64,000 nt of DNA, taken from assembly GCA_964016885.1 (NCBI GenBank), contig OZ024740.1:152644001-152708000 (forward strand). The letters are read 5' to 3'. Made by a program: the position numbers and the translations under genes. The first letter of the stretch is position 1. The number at the start of each line of letters is the position of its first letter. Positions 28,860 through 43,811 of the stretch are shown here, in pieces. Under the pieces are notes generated by a model. It saw only the letters and a program-made list of their open reading frames with translations. It ran no database searches and was not told where the DNA came from. Source of the stretch: Eledone cirrhosa. Taxonomy: Eukaryota.

Positions 28860-29145
28860 GCGCTCATGAAATTCACCCGGCTTATGCTGATCGGATAACC
28901 ATGTTGCTTGTTTTTTTCCCCATCTTCGGTTTGCTTTTGCTTCTATGTTGTTTACTTGTCTCACTCGCTTTACGCGACTCACTTGTCCCAATAGAATATT
29001 TTAGTTATTGCTCGCACCAACCTGAGGTATATGATTTTTAATGCGATGAAATACCAATGACGGTTGAAATACCACTGATGAGGGACTAATTTTATAATAT
29101 GTAACCCATGTGCAAACACGCAGTATCCTTCTTCCCATATTTTTC

Positions 29146-29146
<1 letters not shown>
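28860..29146 (+). mobile_element. ~290-bp dispersed repeat ending at (TA)n and containing a CTGATGAG half-core; second copy on the minus strand at 59730-60009
   Basis: Colinear similarity between the two copies. Confidence 0.7.
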
Positions 29147-29176
<30 letters not shown>

Positions 29177-29204
29177 TATATGATATATATATATATCATA
29201 TAAA

Positions 29205-29393
29205 AGGGCGGTGGATTGGCAGTATCGGTAGAGGGTCAGACGCCATGCTTTCCAGCATAGTTACGTCCCTTTACGATCTGAGTTCCAATCCCGCCGAGGT
29301 TGACTTTGCCTTTCATCCATAAGGGGTCGATAAAATAAAGTACCAGTAATGCACTAGGTAATTGCTGGCCTTGTGCCTAAAGTAGAAACAATT
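29205..29393 (+). mobile_element. SINE copy
   Basis: GGGCGGTGGATTGGCAGTATCGGTAGAG head plus core. Confidence 0.85.
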
Positions 29394-29602
29394 ATATGAT
29401 ATATATATATATTATATGATATATATATATATTATATGATATATATATATATTATATGATATATATTTAGATATTATATGAAATATATATATAGTATATG
29501 ATATATAAATATATTATATGATATATATATATTATATGATATATATATCTATATTATATGATATATATATATTATGTCATATATATATATATATATATTA
29601 TA

Positions 29603-29645
<43 letters not shown>

Positions 29646-29776
29646 ATATGATACATATATATATATATATATTATATGATATATATATATTATATGATAT
29701 ATATATATATTATATGATATATATATATATATATATTATATGATATATATATATATTATATGATATATATATATAT

Positions 29777-29867
<91 letters not shown>

Positions 29868-29872
29868 TATAT
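29394..29872. repeat. ~20-bp AT-rich minisatellite (ATTATATGATATATATATAT)n grading into (TA)n
   Basis: Direct reading. Confidence 0.9.
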
Positions 29873-29873
29873 A

Positions 29874-30355
29874 GATAATTTAATATATCTACTAACATAA
29901 GCGCACAGATGTACGCTAATGCCAGCAAATACACAGGTTATTTCATAGTACCTAGGTGGTTCAATGCAGGAGGATGCAGAACAATAATATAAAAGACGTA
30001 AAATAAGAAAATTTTTTAAAAAATTTTTAAAGAATTAACTTACTTACTTAAATTTTCACTCCAACTAATTAGTTTCTGCAATGGGATAAAGACAGTTACG
30101 TAATGAACTGTTGAGAATTTCATTGCGTCATCAGGGAGGTCTATTCTCAGCCAAGTCTCCAGGCAATGCGCGGACACTGGGGACTCATATAAAAATAATA
30201 ATAATTCGGTAAATGGAACAGCTATCGAGGACTGGATTCCAGGCACTGAAAATTCTCACTGCCACTGGTCAAATGGCCGATTCTAAAGAATCAATCACGT
30301 GACACAGAGGCTAGTCAGTAGGAATGGGATGGTAAGATGACAGACGCCTACTAAC
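29874..30355 (-). mobile_element. Diverged, circularly permuted single copy of the 522-bp retrozyme-like family
   Basis: Shares GGTTCAATGCA..GCAGAACAATAATAT, GACGTAAAATAAGAAAATT and AAAGAATCAATCACGTGACA with the array. Confidence 0.85.
30059..30138 (-). ncRNA. Type I HHR with a compensatory stem II change
   Basis: Minus strand CTCC-CTGATGA-CGCAATG...CATTGCA-GAAACTAATTAGTT-GGAG. Confidence 0.87.
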
Positions 30356-30522
30356 ACCCAAAAAAAATCTACGTAAATGGACTGGTGTCCGAAACGTAAA
30401 GACTCTATCTTTACTATATCAAGCGTTAAACTAATATATTTCTTCATTGTACTCTGTCGTTTGATCTGTTATTTATGTATACTTTTTGCATATATATATA
30501 TATATATATATATATGTGTATG

Positions 30523-30922
30523 TATAAGTTAAAACAATGAAATAAAAAATCAAGTCATTAGAAATATACTTCACTGCTTTACGATCGTTTCTAGGTGATG
30601 ATAATACATTGTAGCTATACTCCGTTATTGATCTATGTAAGGTTAGTTACAAAATATCAGATAAAGAGAATATTTACTTACATGCATATCACCAGCTGTT
30701 TTCAAAAGCAATAATAATTTTATTCAGAATTAGTAGTATGTTAGTATCATGTCCTTGTTTGGAGATAGTTGAAGAGCTAACCAATCAAATTGTTTTTTTT
30801 CATATGGTGTTAAGATGAAAGGTAATACACTTTAGTTGTATTATCATCACCTAGAAACGATCGTAAAGCAGTGAAGTATATCTCTAATGACTTGATTTTT
30901 TATTTCATTGTTTTAACTTATA
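30523..30922. repeat. Foldback element (arms 30523-30608 / 30837-30922) with a degenerate HHR on the plus strand (~30807-30870)
   Basis: Inverted arms; AGGT..ACCT-AGAAACGATCGTA with palindromic ACGATCGT; 5' core decayed (AAGATGA). Confidence 0.7.
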
Positions 30923-31027
30923 TCATGACTCTGTTTTCCTTTTAATGTTTTATTGTTTTCCAGGATTTTCAACATATGGATTACATCGAGTTCTTCATAC
31001 AGAATAGACCCCACAACTTACTGTGGA

Positions 31028-31160
<133 letters not shown>

Positions 31161-32005
31161 GAGAGTGAGAGAAATAGTAGCCCAATCAAGTCTCCTGTCG
31201 TAACTCTTATGTAATCAGTAGTCTGACTTACATGCCCTTCAAAAGAAGGGGAAGGGTTCGTGGAGGGAATACATTTGATCCTAGATCTAAACATTAGATC
31301 AGTATTAAGATTAAGGAAGAGATAAAAACAACAGCAACAACAGCCAAAACAGCAGCAACAGTAGCGTATAACGGACAATAGATTCGCGTTATGAAGAAAT
31401 ACATTATGAGGATGAGAACGTGTAAGATAAAGTGTGAACGGAGTGTAACAACGCAACACGATGTGAAACGGAAATCAAAGTGAGAAGTAGGAAGAAAGGA
31501 ACGTGAATTTGAAGTGGGTAGTTGGTGGTGATAGTGTTGGAAGAGAAGGTGGGGAGGGGGAGGAGGAGGTGGTGTGTAGTGGAGGGAGGGGTAAGAGAAG
31601 TGAAAAAGTTTACAAGGGTAGGCGGAATGAGAAATATATGAGAGTGCGCATGAATACATGTGGGTGTATACGTAAGTTGTTCGAGTATGTGCTTCGAATG
31701 GTGGGTGTTGTTTGTTTATGTGTAGGCTAGTTTGAGATCAGTGTTTATCTTAATGTCTGTCTGTATGCGTGCGTGTATGCACGCATGTAAGTATGTGTGC
31801 ATGTGTATGTTTATCTGTCTTTATATATGTGTGTGTGTATCCATGTATATATATATGTGAGTATTTATATATGCTTGTTGTATGTATGTACTCATATAAG
31901 TTTATGTGTATGTTTGTGCATGTGTTTAAGAGTCATTAACCATTTGTATTGCAGGGTGTGCGTATATGTGATACGTATATATGATATATGGGAGTTATGT
32001 GTGCG

Positions 32006-32037
<32 letters not shown>

Positions 32038-32049
32038 TCTCTCTCTCAC

Positions 32050-32085
<36 letters not shown>

Positions 32086-32097
32086 TCTCTCTCTCTC

Positions 32098-32235
<138 letters not shown>

Positions 32236-32264
32236 CATATATATATACATATATATATATATAT

Positions 32265-32307
<43 letters not shown>

Positions 32308-32454
32308 AATATATATACACATATATATACACTAATATATACAGAGATAAAGAGTGTGAGAGAGAGAGAGAGGGAGTCAGAGATAGATAGATAGATAGAT
32401 AGATTGATAGATAGATAGATAGATAGTTAGATAGATAGATAGATAGATAGATAG

Positions 32455-32576
32455 ATTTCTTTATTAGCCACAAGGGCGCAACAAGAAAAGGGGACAATAC
32501 AAAGACATGCCGGGGATTTTACATACAGTCGTGTGAAAAATATAAAAACAAACAATTTCAACAATCGAAATCCCCA

Positions 32577-32580
<4 letters not shown>
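32455..32580 (-). mobile_element. 3' end of a non-LTR element inserted in (GATA)n; near-identical copy at 55032-55155 in (GA)n
   Basis: Shared ~125 bp that ends, on the minus strand, GGCTAATAAAGAAAT before the microsatellite. Confidence 0.7.
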
Positions 32581-32634
<54 letters not shown>

Positions 32635-32989
32635 CTACTGCTAATATATAGGCAGTGAGTGGGTGTGAGCAAGAGAGAGAAATATTAACTATTTATATTT
32701 TGTATGTATGTAGTTATATATGTATGTATGTAGTTATATATGTATGTATGTAGAGATGTATAGAAGATATGCAAGACGTATTTGGCAGTATGTGTGTGTA
32801 AGTTATTAGCTACTTGTGTATGTGTATGTGTATGTATGTGTGTGCATATATGGGAGTGTTTAAGACAGAAGCCGTCTAAAGACCACCTCACACAAACAAT
32901 AAAAATATATCGTTCCACCCTTAAAAACAAAAAATTTCTTTAAAAAATATATTTTTTAATTTGTGAAATATAAAGTAACTTTTGTAAAT

Positions 32990-33660
32990 CAGCTGATGGT
33001 GGTTGCTGTTATGGTTGTGATGGTAATGGTTGTAGTGGAGATGATGGTGGGGGGTAAAGGTAGGTTGGTTTTAGAGGCGGTAGTGGTGGTGATGTTAGTT
33101 ATTGTTGTTGCGGTCATATTGATGGTAGTTGTGATAGAGGTGGTGGTGATGGTAGTGGTTGTGTAGGTGGTGTTGGTGGCGATGGTAGTGTTAGTGGTTT
33201 TGGTGGTGGCGGCGGTGGCGGTGTTGGTGTTGGTGGGGTGGGGGTTGTTGCGGTGGTGGTGGTGGCGGAGGGCGTGTTGGAGGTGGGGGTGGGGGTGGTG
33301 TTGGAGGTGGTGGTCGCGTTGGGGTGGTGAAGGTGGTGGTACTAATGGTGCTGGTATTCTTAGTTATTATGATGGTGTTAGTAGTAATAGTGGTGTTCGT
33401 GGTGGTAGTGATAATATTTGTGGTCTTGGTGGTAGTTGTGGTCTTGGTGGTAGTTGTAATTGTGGTGGTGTTTGTTGTTGTGATAGTCGTTGTGGGGTCG
33501 TGGTGGGAGTGATGATTGTGATGATAATAGTGTAGTGATGTTGGTGGTAGTGATGGTAGTAGTGGCCTTGCTTATAGTGGTGGCTGTAGTGGTGGTGGCG
33601 GTGGTGGTCATGGCGTTAGTGATGGCCGTGATTTTGTTTGTTATTGTGATTAATGGCAAT
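32990..33660. repeat. Degenerate (GGT/GAT/GTA)n low-complexity tract
   Basis: Direct reading; yields the poly-V and poly-T ORFs. Confidence 0.9.
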
Positions 33661-34578
33661 AATTATGTGTAGCATGATACGTAGGATAAGGTGTGGGATG
33701 AACAAATAGTAGGTTGGTCTTTCTCTATAAAAGTAGATGAAAGTATCCCCAAACCTCAATGACTGGTCATATTGTAAAATAAAAATTTGACGAAAGGACC
33801 ACCACTACTTGCTCGAAACTTTGAGCTTCAAAAGAACTTATTATCACTTTACATCTGTATTCATCCGCTATTATATGCTGCCGTTATTATTATCGCCAAC
33901 ACCGCCTTATATATATCATAAATAGCAGACGACTTAATAGTAGCGTCTGTCTCATTCTTGACTTTCATTAATTTTATCCTTATTTCTATACAAATATTGG
34001 ATATTGTCTATCCATTTTTTAAAATAGATATTTACTGCATATAAACAAGTGTTTGAGTGCATATTTGTGATACTTAAAAGGGCGGAAGTTTATCACAACC
34101 ATCACCACCACTACCACTACTAGTACATACTCATAGAACGCCGCCATCATCATAATCATAATCACCAACATTATAAGAAGCAGCAGTAAACCTCACCCAC
34201 CACTAATACAATCAGCACATTCTGCTTTGCTTGGACAGAGTGACTTTCTCTTCCATTCCGATATAACAACAACCAACACAACAGCAAAGGTAAGTTTTTA
34301 TTCTTTGTTTTTATTTTTGATTTTTAAATGCCTTTTAAGTTCATGCTATACAATCAGGTATAGAAAACATTCTACCTCACTTTCAAACTGATAAAAAGAA
34401 TAAAAATTCTAACCAACATAGACAGTCATAGATATGCATTCAACCATATATGTAGGGATATAAACATGCATATATACATACATAGAGAAGTGTCTATGCG
34501 TTGAGCGTGCATGCGTATTTTCACACAAAAAAAGTTCTCGTATATACCTACATGTGTATGTGTCTATGTGTGCGCATG

Positions 34579-34637
<59 letters not shown>

Positions 34638-34641
<4 letters not shown>

Positions 34642-34752
34642 GTTTCTACTTTTTGGTACTTTATTTTATCGACCCCGTAAGGATGAAAGGCAAAGTTAAC
34701 CTCGGCGGGATTTGAACTCAGATCATAAAGGGACATAGCTATGCTAGAAAGC
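34638..34752 (-). mobile_element. Truncated SINE copy
   Basis: Reverse complement of SINE core. Confidence 0.8.
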
Positions 34753-34799
34753 ATATATATATATACAAACACACACACTTATATATATACATATATATG

Positions 34800-34836
<37 letters not shown>

Positions 34837-34879
34837 ACATATATATATATATATAATATACAAACATACACACACACAT

Positions 34880-34921
<42 letters not shown>

Positions 34922-35113
34922 TATACAAACATACACGCACTCATACACACGTAGGTATATATATATACAAACACACACATATATATATATATACATATAT
35001 ATGTACATATATATATATGTATAATATATACAAACATACGTACACACATACACATATATACAAACACACACACTTATATGTATATATACATATATATGTA
35101 TATATATATATAC

Positions 35114-35179
<66 letters not shown>

Positions 35180-35266
35180 CATATATATATATACATATAT
35201 ATATATATACATATATATATACATGTATACATATATACATATATATGTATATATATACATGTATAC

Positions 35267-35360
<94 letters not shown>

Positions 35361-35452
35361 AATAATAATAATAAATTTCAAGACTAAAATCCAAAGAGGG
35401 CTCGATAAGGATAAATATATATAAACTTTAATCTGTTATTTTAATAAATATA

Positions 35453-35525
<73 letters not shown>
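34753..35525. repeat. Compound (TA)n/(CA)n tract containing a short dispersed repeat (35358-35450)
   Basis: Direct reading; 35358-35450 matches 50760-50880 and 58976-59090. Confidence 0.85.
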
Positions 35526-35528
<3 letters not shown>

Positions 35529-35980
35529 ACAGTTCTATTTAAAATCGTTGGGATACAAGTAAATATTTTTATAACTGATATAAAGCACTCGACAATAATT
35601 TGGAGTAGATATACGATATTAATAAATGGAAACTATATTTATAAGACCATATTTATTTCATTATACATATTTCAGGGATACCAAATTAAATTATGGTATG
35701 CCTTCATCAGACAAAATACAATATATAAGAGTTTTACAAATAAGCTTTGACGTACCCTTTTAAAATGCGACCATTATTTTTGGAAGCCATCTGGATAGTG
35801 AATTGTTTATATTACTTTAATAAGTCTTAGTGTTAAGGACAATTAGAAAAAGACGGAGAGAAAGAAAAATATATTTATGTCCCATTCATGAATATTAATA
35901 TTTATATATATATTATTCATTTCATATAAATTGCTAACTCAACCCAATATGACATGACGCAAAGTCCTCATTATCTCCCC

Positions 35981-36041
<61 letters not shown>

Positions 36042-36141
36042 CTTATTGTAAATTTGTTCCTATAAGTTTAAGCACACATACACGCAACCGCTTATGTATC
36101 CTTATACACATACAGACAGACGCTGTGTATAAAGATTAAAA

Positions 36142-36197
<56 letters not shown>

Positions 36198-36359
36198 ATG
36201 TGTGTGTGTGTGTTCCTATTACGTGATACGTTAAAAGATCACGGTCTGTGAATATATGAGATACATGCAGAACATGTATGTGTAACGTTAGTAATTACAT
36301 GAACACACATGCCTATCTACACACTCAGACACACACATACACACACATACACACACACA

Positions 36360-36430
<71 letters not shown>

Positions 36431-36780
36431 ATATATATATATGTATACATACACATACACACATATATATATACATACACATACATACATATATATATAT
36501 AAATATATATAAATATATATAAATGAGAGGTATAGAGATTGTTTTAGCAAGAAGCTAACGGCATTCTATAACATATATGCGACTATAACGTCAAGATGGG
36601 AAAAGTAGTTAACGAAAGATTTAGGAAAAATAACTCAAACTCATCTCAAAAGAGAATCAGGATACAAATTCATCCACAGAATTTAGTAAAATCCAGGGAA
36701 AAATCTATAGACCTTTAACTCATGATAAAATAAAGTTTGAAATACTTATCCTTCAATAAATATATAAATGGAATAGAATG

Positions 36781-37306
36781 AAACGAAATTTCATTTCTCA
36801 CTCTTAGTACGGCACTTACTTAAATGTAAGTATGTATGTATACGTACATACATATATGTATACAGACGTACAGTAGCATGTATATATATACATACAGGCA
36901 CACATACATATATGCACGTATCAGTTTACCGAACATTTATTATAATGCTCGGTTTGTTCGTTTGTAAACAAACAAACAGCCTGAATTACGCCGTACGGTG
37001 TTTAGGCAACCACGTCACCTTTTTGTTCAACACTGACACAGGAACGATGTACTAGTTTCAAGCTTATTAGCTATCGTCAACACCGTATACCTTTCTGCCA
37101 GATGGTTTAACGTCCGAAAGTATATACTTTCCTTATGAAAATTAACGGCTGAGCAGCTGTTTGTTTACAAACGAACAAACCGAGCATTATAATAAATGTT
37201 CGGTAAACTGATACGTGCATATATATATGTGTGCCTGTATGTATATATATACATGCTACTGTACGTCTGTATACATATATGTATATACGTATACATACAT
37301 ACTTGC

Positions 37307-37337
<31 letters not shown>

Positions 37338-37451
37338 AGTTGAAATAAAATAAAAACGAAATTTCATTTCTCACTCTTAGTACGGGACTTACTTAAATGT
37401 AAGTATGTATGTATACGTACATACATATATGTATACAGACGTACAGTAGCA

Positions 37452-37519
<68 letters not shown>

Positions 37520-37542
37520 CAGGTACACATACATATATGCAC

Positions 37543-37575
<33 letters not shown>
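36781..37575. mobile_element. Rearranged HHR element: direct repeat (36781 / 37354) plus inverted arms (36825-36979 / 37155-37306)
   Basis: Direct reading of the repeats. Confidence 0.75.
37045..37085 (-). ncRNA. Type I HHR (U3 variant)
   Basis: Minus strand CGGTG-TTGACGA-TAGCT aata AGCTT-GAAACTAGTA-CATCG; palindromic ACTAGT. Confidence 0.78.
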
Positions 37576-37576
<1 letters not shown>

Positions 37577-37585
37577 GACTTGCAT

Positions 37586-37656
<71 letters not shown>

Positions 37657-37673
37657 CATGTATATAAATAAAC

Positions 37674-37710
<37 letters not shown>

Positions 37711-37727
37711 CATGTATATAAATAAAC

Positions 37728-37793
<66 letters not shown>

Positions 37794-37794
37794 T

Positions 37795-38007
37795 GCTGAC
37801 CGACATCCAGAGTTGACATTGCACTCAGTGCTCCTTTGGGAGCCCCTACATGGACACACTAGAAGAGGAAGACCAAGGTTAACATATGTTGATGCCCTAA
37901 GGACAGACACTGGTCTGTTGGAGATGCAGGATATGGCAGCGATAATGAGGGACAGAGACCGCTGGAGAGAACTCGTCCATGGATCTCGGGAATTTTACCC
38001 GCCTTAG
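37795..38007 (+). mobile_element. RTE-type LINE 3' end
   Basis: [33 protein letters not shown]. Confidence 0.8.
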
Positions 38008-38230
38008 ATAGATATATAAATAAACATATATATAAATAAACATGTTTTAACGGTTTGTTCTCCTTTATTTACTTCTCCACGTGCTTCCGCTCTGCTAATC
38101 CTCTCGCCCACTAGATATTAACACTTCTAATATTTAACACTGCAGGCACAAGTATTGAGCACTCTCTGCATACGCTATTGGCAAATAACCACATGTATCC
38201 CCTATCTTTCCTTCTCTCTCTCGATACGTA

Positions 38231-38323
<93 letters not shown>

Positions 38324-39277
38324 AAGAATGAAGAGTAACAGGGTTGGCTGTACAATAAGGGCTTTATTTAAAGTACTGACAATTGTTTCGTTGGTCAGGT
38401 GAGTCTAGAGTTCGCTAATCGCTTGAGGTTGCGTCATTCGATCTCCAATACATTATTTACCTCTGGTCAACAGATAATAATAATAACATCCGCGTCTACT
38501 TGTCTCGTGAGACAATGGATCTGCACGTGGAATGTTCCTTTCAAAGGCCTGGTCACAATTGTTTTGTGGAAGATCAGCAGTTGCTCATGCATTCACGTCT
38601 CCCTTCTAGGTATTGTCCAAGGGAAAGGCAAGGACCAATACGCCTTGGCACTAGTGCCATACAAGTTAAAATCAGAACGTAAAGGTTGAAAATAGATACC
38701 GTAAAGACCTCAGATCTGACACTGTGAAATTCCGCTGATCTATCACACTGGACAGATACTTTATCTATCGACCATGAAGTATCGACAAACGTCGTTGATC
38801 TAGGCCGGCACGATCTCTTCTCTGAATGCAGAAAGCCAGAATAAACTCCCGCGAAACATTTAACTCTTTTGATTATAACCCGCTAAAGACTACCCCTGTT
38901 TCTCCAAATCAAAGCTGTTTATTATGAAGTGATTATCTGAAAACCTTCAATATAAGGTTCTTTTTGAATTTATGTTCCACACAATGAGAAAATTAGATAA
39001 ATCCCTCCAAATTCTTGTTTACTTTTTAAATAATTCCAAAATTATAGACAGTGGCTTTGATTATAAATATAACAAACGTTTAAATCAAACTATCAATCGA
39101 CTCCGCCAATATTTAATTTTAAAGCAAGGCGCATTTACTGAACCCTCTAAAGTTTAACCTCTTAATCAATAACAACGATCATTGATATAACGCGTTTATC
39201 CTTATAATTAAATATTTTACCACACCAATTAACATTAATCAATGTCTTTATTTAATAACGCAATATGCTAGGATGAT

Positions 39278-41570
39278 CTTCTTCTTCTTCTTCTTCTTCT
39301 TCTTCTTCTTCTTCTTCTTCTTCTTCTTCTTCTTCTTCTTCGTCGTCGTCGTCGTCGGCACCCACTAATTCCTAGGAGGGTCGTGGGGGCAGAACCATCA
39401 AGCATGCCTTCCAGCAACAAACATATCAAGTGCAAATCGGAGATCACCTTCTCACGAGTTAAGTAGTAACATAACGTCCTTAAATTCCTGCCAACTGATC
39501 CTACACACGCCAATCGTGATATCACTTATAGCCCGGCTGCGCATGTCCTGTGTGTGAAGACTATGAAGAGAGAGGTGACAGTGCGCACCCTTGGCAGTGT
39601 TCGACAGACATATTGAATGGTTTAAAACAAAAATACTAGTGCATTCGTATAGATACATCCTTTTCGGGGTCTACGAAAGAAGAATACATCTCTTGACAAT
39701 ACTTCCACGAATTTTCAAAGACCTGCCGCTGTGTGAATATTTAGCCGGTGGTGCGGCGTCTGGGGCGAAAACTACACAGTTGTATTCGACAATTTTCCTA
39801 CCTCTCTTTGCCAGACACTTAGCATCGACTTTACCGGGGAGCAATAACAAGGTGATCCCTCTACAATTGAAACATTCTCTCTTGTCTCCTTTTTTGAAAC
39901 TTGGTATTATCACTACCAATTGCCATTGTTTAAGTGCCTTCCCAGAGATCCAGGCCACCTGGCGCACATGAGCAAGTCAGAATATACCCTCACTATTTAA
40001 GGCTATTAACATCTTGGGCAAAATTTTGTCATCTCCAGTGGCCTTGTCACATTTGAGCTCTTTAATTTCTCTTGTGACCTCAGCCTCTAAGAAGTTAGTC
40101 ATCGCTCCCCGATGCATGTCATGTACATCAGATGCTGCTATTATGACCGGGTTTATGATATCAGCAAAATATTCTCCCCATCGCGGTAAGATGCACCTCT
40201 CTGAAGAGCGGAAAGCTCCAGAGACGTTCCTGATAGCAGGCGGGAGGGGGGATTTCATATTACGAAGTCGGCGGATGGTCTGCCAGAACACTTTATTTGC
40301 TGTTCAGAAGTCAGATACCAGCTTAACCCCAAAGTCCTTACGTGTCTTAACTGTGGACGCCTTTACTGTCTCTGCGCTTACTTGTACCGCAAGTGCAAGA
40401 AGGAGGACATATTTCAAGTCAAGCTTTGTTAGCCTCCTTTGCTTTGATGACATATTTGACCACTTGATTGAACTAAGGTCTTGATTGAACTGAATCTCCG
40501 GCTAGTCGGCACCACACTCAAGGGCTTTTACCCACAGCATTAACAGCTAAAGGTGAAACCACCGAACTTAACAATCCCTATTCCGTTCCTAACTCTGCTC
40601 AGGGAGTTCTCTGAATTGGATGCATTACTATCCGCAAACCTGTTCCTGACTTCGTTATCTCCAATCGCTTCCAACTTTATCCTGTAGATCAAGTTGGGGC
40701 TGCTAGTTTTATGGGCTCCTTTGGTTGTAGGTAGTTTCAGTTTGCAAATAAGTAGAGGGTGATCAGTTGACAGCTCCGCCCCTCTCTTAACACGAATACC
40801 CAGCACAGAGTCGAAGAGATTAGAAACAATAAGAAAACCAATAATTGATCTCTGTCCTTGATCCCCCCTTTACCATGTGTATTTATGGATGTCTTTGTGC
40901 TGGAAGACGATGTTCATAATAGAGAATCCATCACTAGAACAGAAGTCTAATAAGGCCTTTCAATTCATATTTAGATCAGAATCGCTGTTCCTTCAATGCC
41001 AACATGTGCATTGAAGTCTCCCATTAGGATATATAACTCAGTCTTAACTACATCTAACGCTGCAGTGACCTCATCAAATAAGAATCTGTATTCGGTCTCT
41101 CTATTTGGTGCATAAATCTGCACCGGCCTCAGAGACCTTTATTTCAGCCCAACCTGGGATCCAGTACATAACACATTCTGACACTTGGAAACTTGTGAAT
41201 ATCCCCACTCCCGCTTGTGCAGTCTTTTTTGGTGCCACGCCTGAATTGTTGAGTTTCCATCGGCCATCTAAATCTACAGTACCAGGGTCAAGGAACTTTG
41301 TAGAAGAAACCCCCACTATATCTAACCGATAGCATTTGACTTCCTAAACTAGTTGCGACTCCTTGCTTGCAAGGGTTATAACGTTTCATTTACCGATTCT
41401 CAAATTGTGCTCCCTTCTGGACCCTCTCTGGGGTCTCGAGATACTTAACATTTATGCTTCCATACCACGCCTCCCAATACAGGTCACAAACCCATTGCCA
41501 GTTCTTGCAGCATTGGGTGGAGACTGCTATAAATTTTTCGAACAGGGCTCTCTACCCAAGACCTGAACGC
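39278..41570 (-). mobile_element. Decayed RTE LINE (APE + partial RT) with a (GAA)n tail
   Basis: QAGVGIFTS, GDFNAHVG, KRGAELSTDH, FWQTIRRLR, KKGDKRECFNCRGITLL; (CTT)n at 39278-39341. Confidence 0.88.
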
Positions 41571-42604
41571 GTCCCTTGTTATCCTGTGTAAAGGTGATGA
41601 AGTATGTTTTTGTTGTGTCTAATCATATTGATGCTTTGGTGTTCTCATTCGCACCAGTTACCAATTTGGTACTTTTCATAGACCTACAAAGACTAGGCTT
41701 TTTTAGAGGTGGCCATTTCTCGCTTCATAGTTGCTACATCACTGGGTTGTGAGAGTTTTCTTGGGAGCTAACAATGTCACGCATTGCTCCATCTCTTTTC
41801 GTAGTTTACCGCTGCTGGTCCAGGGCTGCTTATCGTAACTAACCATCATATCAGGTGACCGTATCGTTTCGCAATCAGTATATAATTTTTCATCTTCTGT
41901 TCTGTAGAAAATATTGGTACTGTGGTAGAATTGTTAGGGAGAGACGAGCGGATTACATGTCTAGAATAGTTAAATTGCGTACTTTTATGTTGTGGAGATC
42001 AAATCACTCATAAATTTACGTTGCCATCCATGCGTTCTTAAGTGACAGCGATATACTAGAACATATGTAACACACACACACACACATTCTAACGTCCCTC
42101 AAAATGTGTGGCCTGGGTACCACTAATAGAATTCCATTCTAAGACATCGAAATAAATGCCTTTATATCTTCCCGGATCAAATCGCGCAAATGTCAGCTGT
42201 GCCTGTCATACTTTCAGAGATGATAACATACCAGTTCAGGGGCGGTAGATTGGTATAATTGCTAAAGTTTCGGACGGGGTACTTTGCCGTTTCTAGTCCA
42301 GTTCTGTGTGTTCTAAGTTCAAATCTCGCCTTCTTCCTGTCAGGAGCTGCAACCGACAGATAGTATCAGCTTTCAATAAAAGTGGCGATTATTTGCAATG
42401 AAGCAGCCATTAGCAAAAGTTGTGATGCCGTCAGGATTCGCCATGGCCTCACCTTCCCAAGGGATTGAATGAAACATGACAACGACCTAGTCTTACGGCC
42501 ACGAATAACACAGGACGAGTATCAACAATAGTATATGACTGGTAATTATCTTATGGACCTCTAGATTGAAGGAAGAAAGGCGAAGCTGAACCAAATAGGA
42601 TTTT

Positions 42605-43540
42605 GCCATTCTGAGTTCAAATCCCGTCGAGGTTAACTTTGCCTTTCATCCTTACGGGGTTGATAAAATAAATACACTGGGTAATTGCTGGCCTGATGCC
42701 AAAAGTAGAAACAATTATTACTGGGGTTGTTATCATCGACTGTTTCTTCACACCAAATTTCTGTCCTTGTATCTATGACATTAAAGTATACTAAGATTAT
42801 CAGTGTCGGTAGAAGGTCGGACGCCATGCTTTGACGCATAGAGTTACGGCCCTTGCCATTCTGTGTTCAAATCCCGCCGAGGTTAACTTTGCCTTTCATC
42901 CTTACGGGGTCGATAAAATAAAGTACCAGTAATGCACTGGGTAATTGCTGGCCTTGTGCCAAAAGTAGAAACAATTATTAAAGTAATCATATTTACGGCG
43001 CTTCACATTCTGAGTCTAAATGCCGCCAAGCTCAACTTTCCTTCCGTTATTCTGGAGTAGAAATAAAGTACCAGTAAAGAACTGGTATCGATATAAACGA
43101 CTTACGCCTCCCTACAAATTGCTGGCCTTGTACCTAAATTAGAGATTATTATTATCAATGTATACATAATAGAACATGCCATTCAATGTAAGATAGGCTA
43201 AAAGTCTCCATAGTGTTTCATAATGTTCTGATTGTCAACGTGGACATATTTTCAACAAGTAAGCAAATATTTACCACATCAACGATATCATTTTTTTCTT
43301 TTTACTGCTTAGAAAGCAAATCTATTATTAATATTTACTCACCGGCTGGTGGATTGGCGGATAAAATAGCATTGCGGTATGTGCTCTGGCTTTTTACATA
43401 TTGAGTTTAAATCCCGCCGAGGTCAACTTTGCCTTTCATATTTCCGGATCGATAAACTAAAGTACCAGTTAAGTACTGAGGTTGATTCACTCAACTTTGC
43501 CTTTCCCCCAAATTCTACTGACCATATACTTAGATTAGCA
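42605..43540 (+). mobile_element. Cluster of four SINE copies
   Basis: Cores at about 42610, 42860, 43010 and 43400. Confidence 0.8.
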
Positions 43541-43722
43541 GTTAAAGTTATTTACAAAGAATATATCAACTGAGACCGGTAAGAGACACTAGAAAGATAT
43601 TTTGAAAACTTGACATGGCGTAACTGCTTGCAACGGAGTAGATTCACATAAGATCGAAACAAACATTTTTATATCTTAATATGCATACCCAAGTACACAG
43701 ATGCGCACACAAATATGCATAT

Positions 43723-43811
<89 letters not shown>

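Noticed and set aside
32963-33672. Val-rich 'membrane protein' ORFs
   Set aside because: Low-complexity trinucleotide tract
35661-35714. Minus-strand CTGATGA-long stem II-GAAA
   Set aside because: Probably a decayed HHR, but stem I and the cleavage triplet do not fit; not called as intact
38371-38395. GAAACAATTGTC 3' half-HHR (also half motifs at 30379-30402, 56723-56758 and ~48375)
   Set aside because: 5' core missing or heavily mutated; counted only as degenerate
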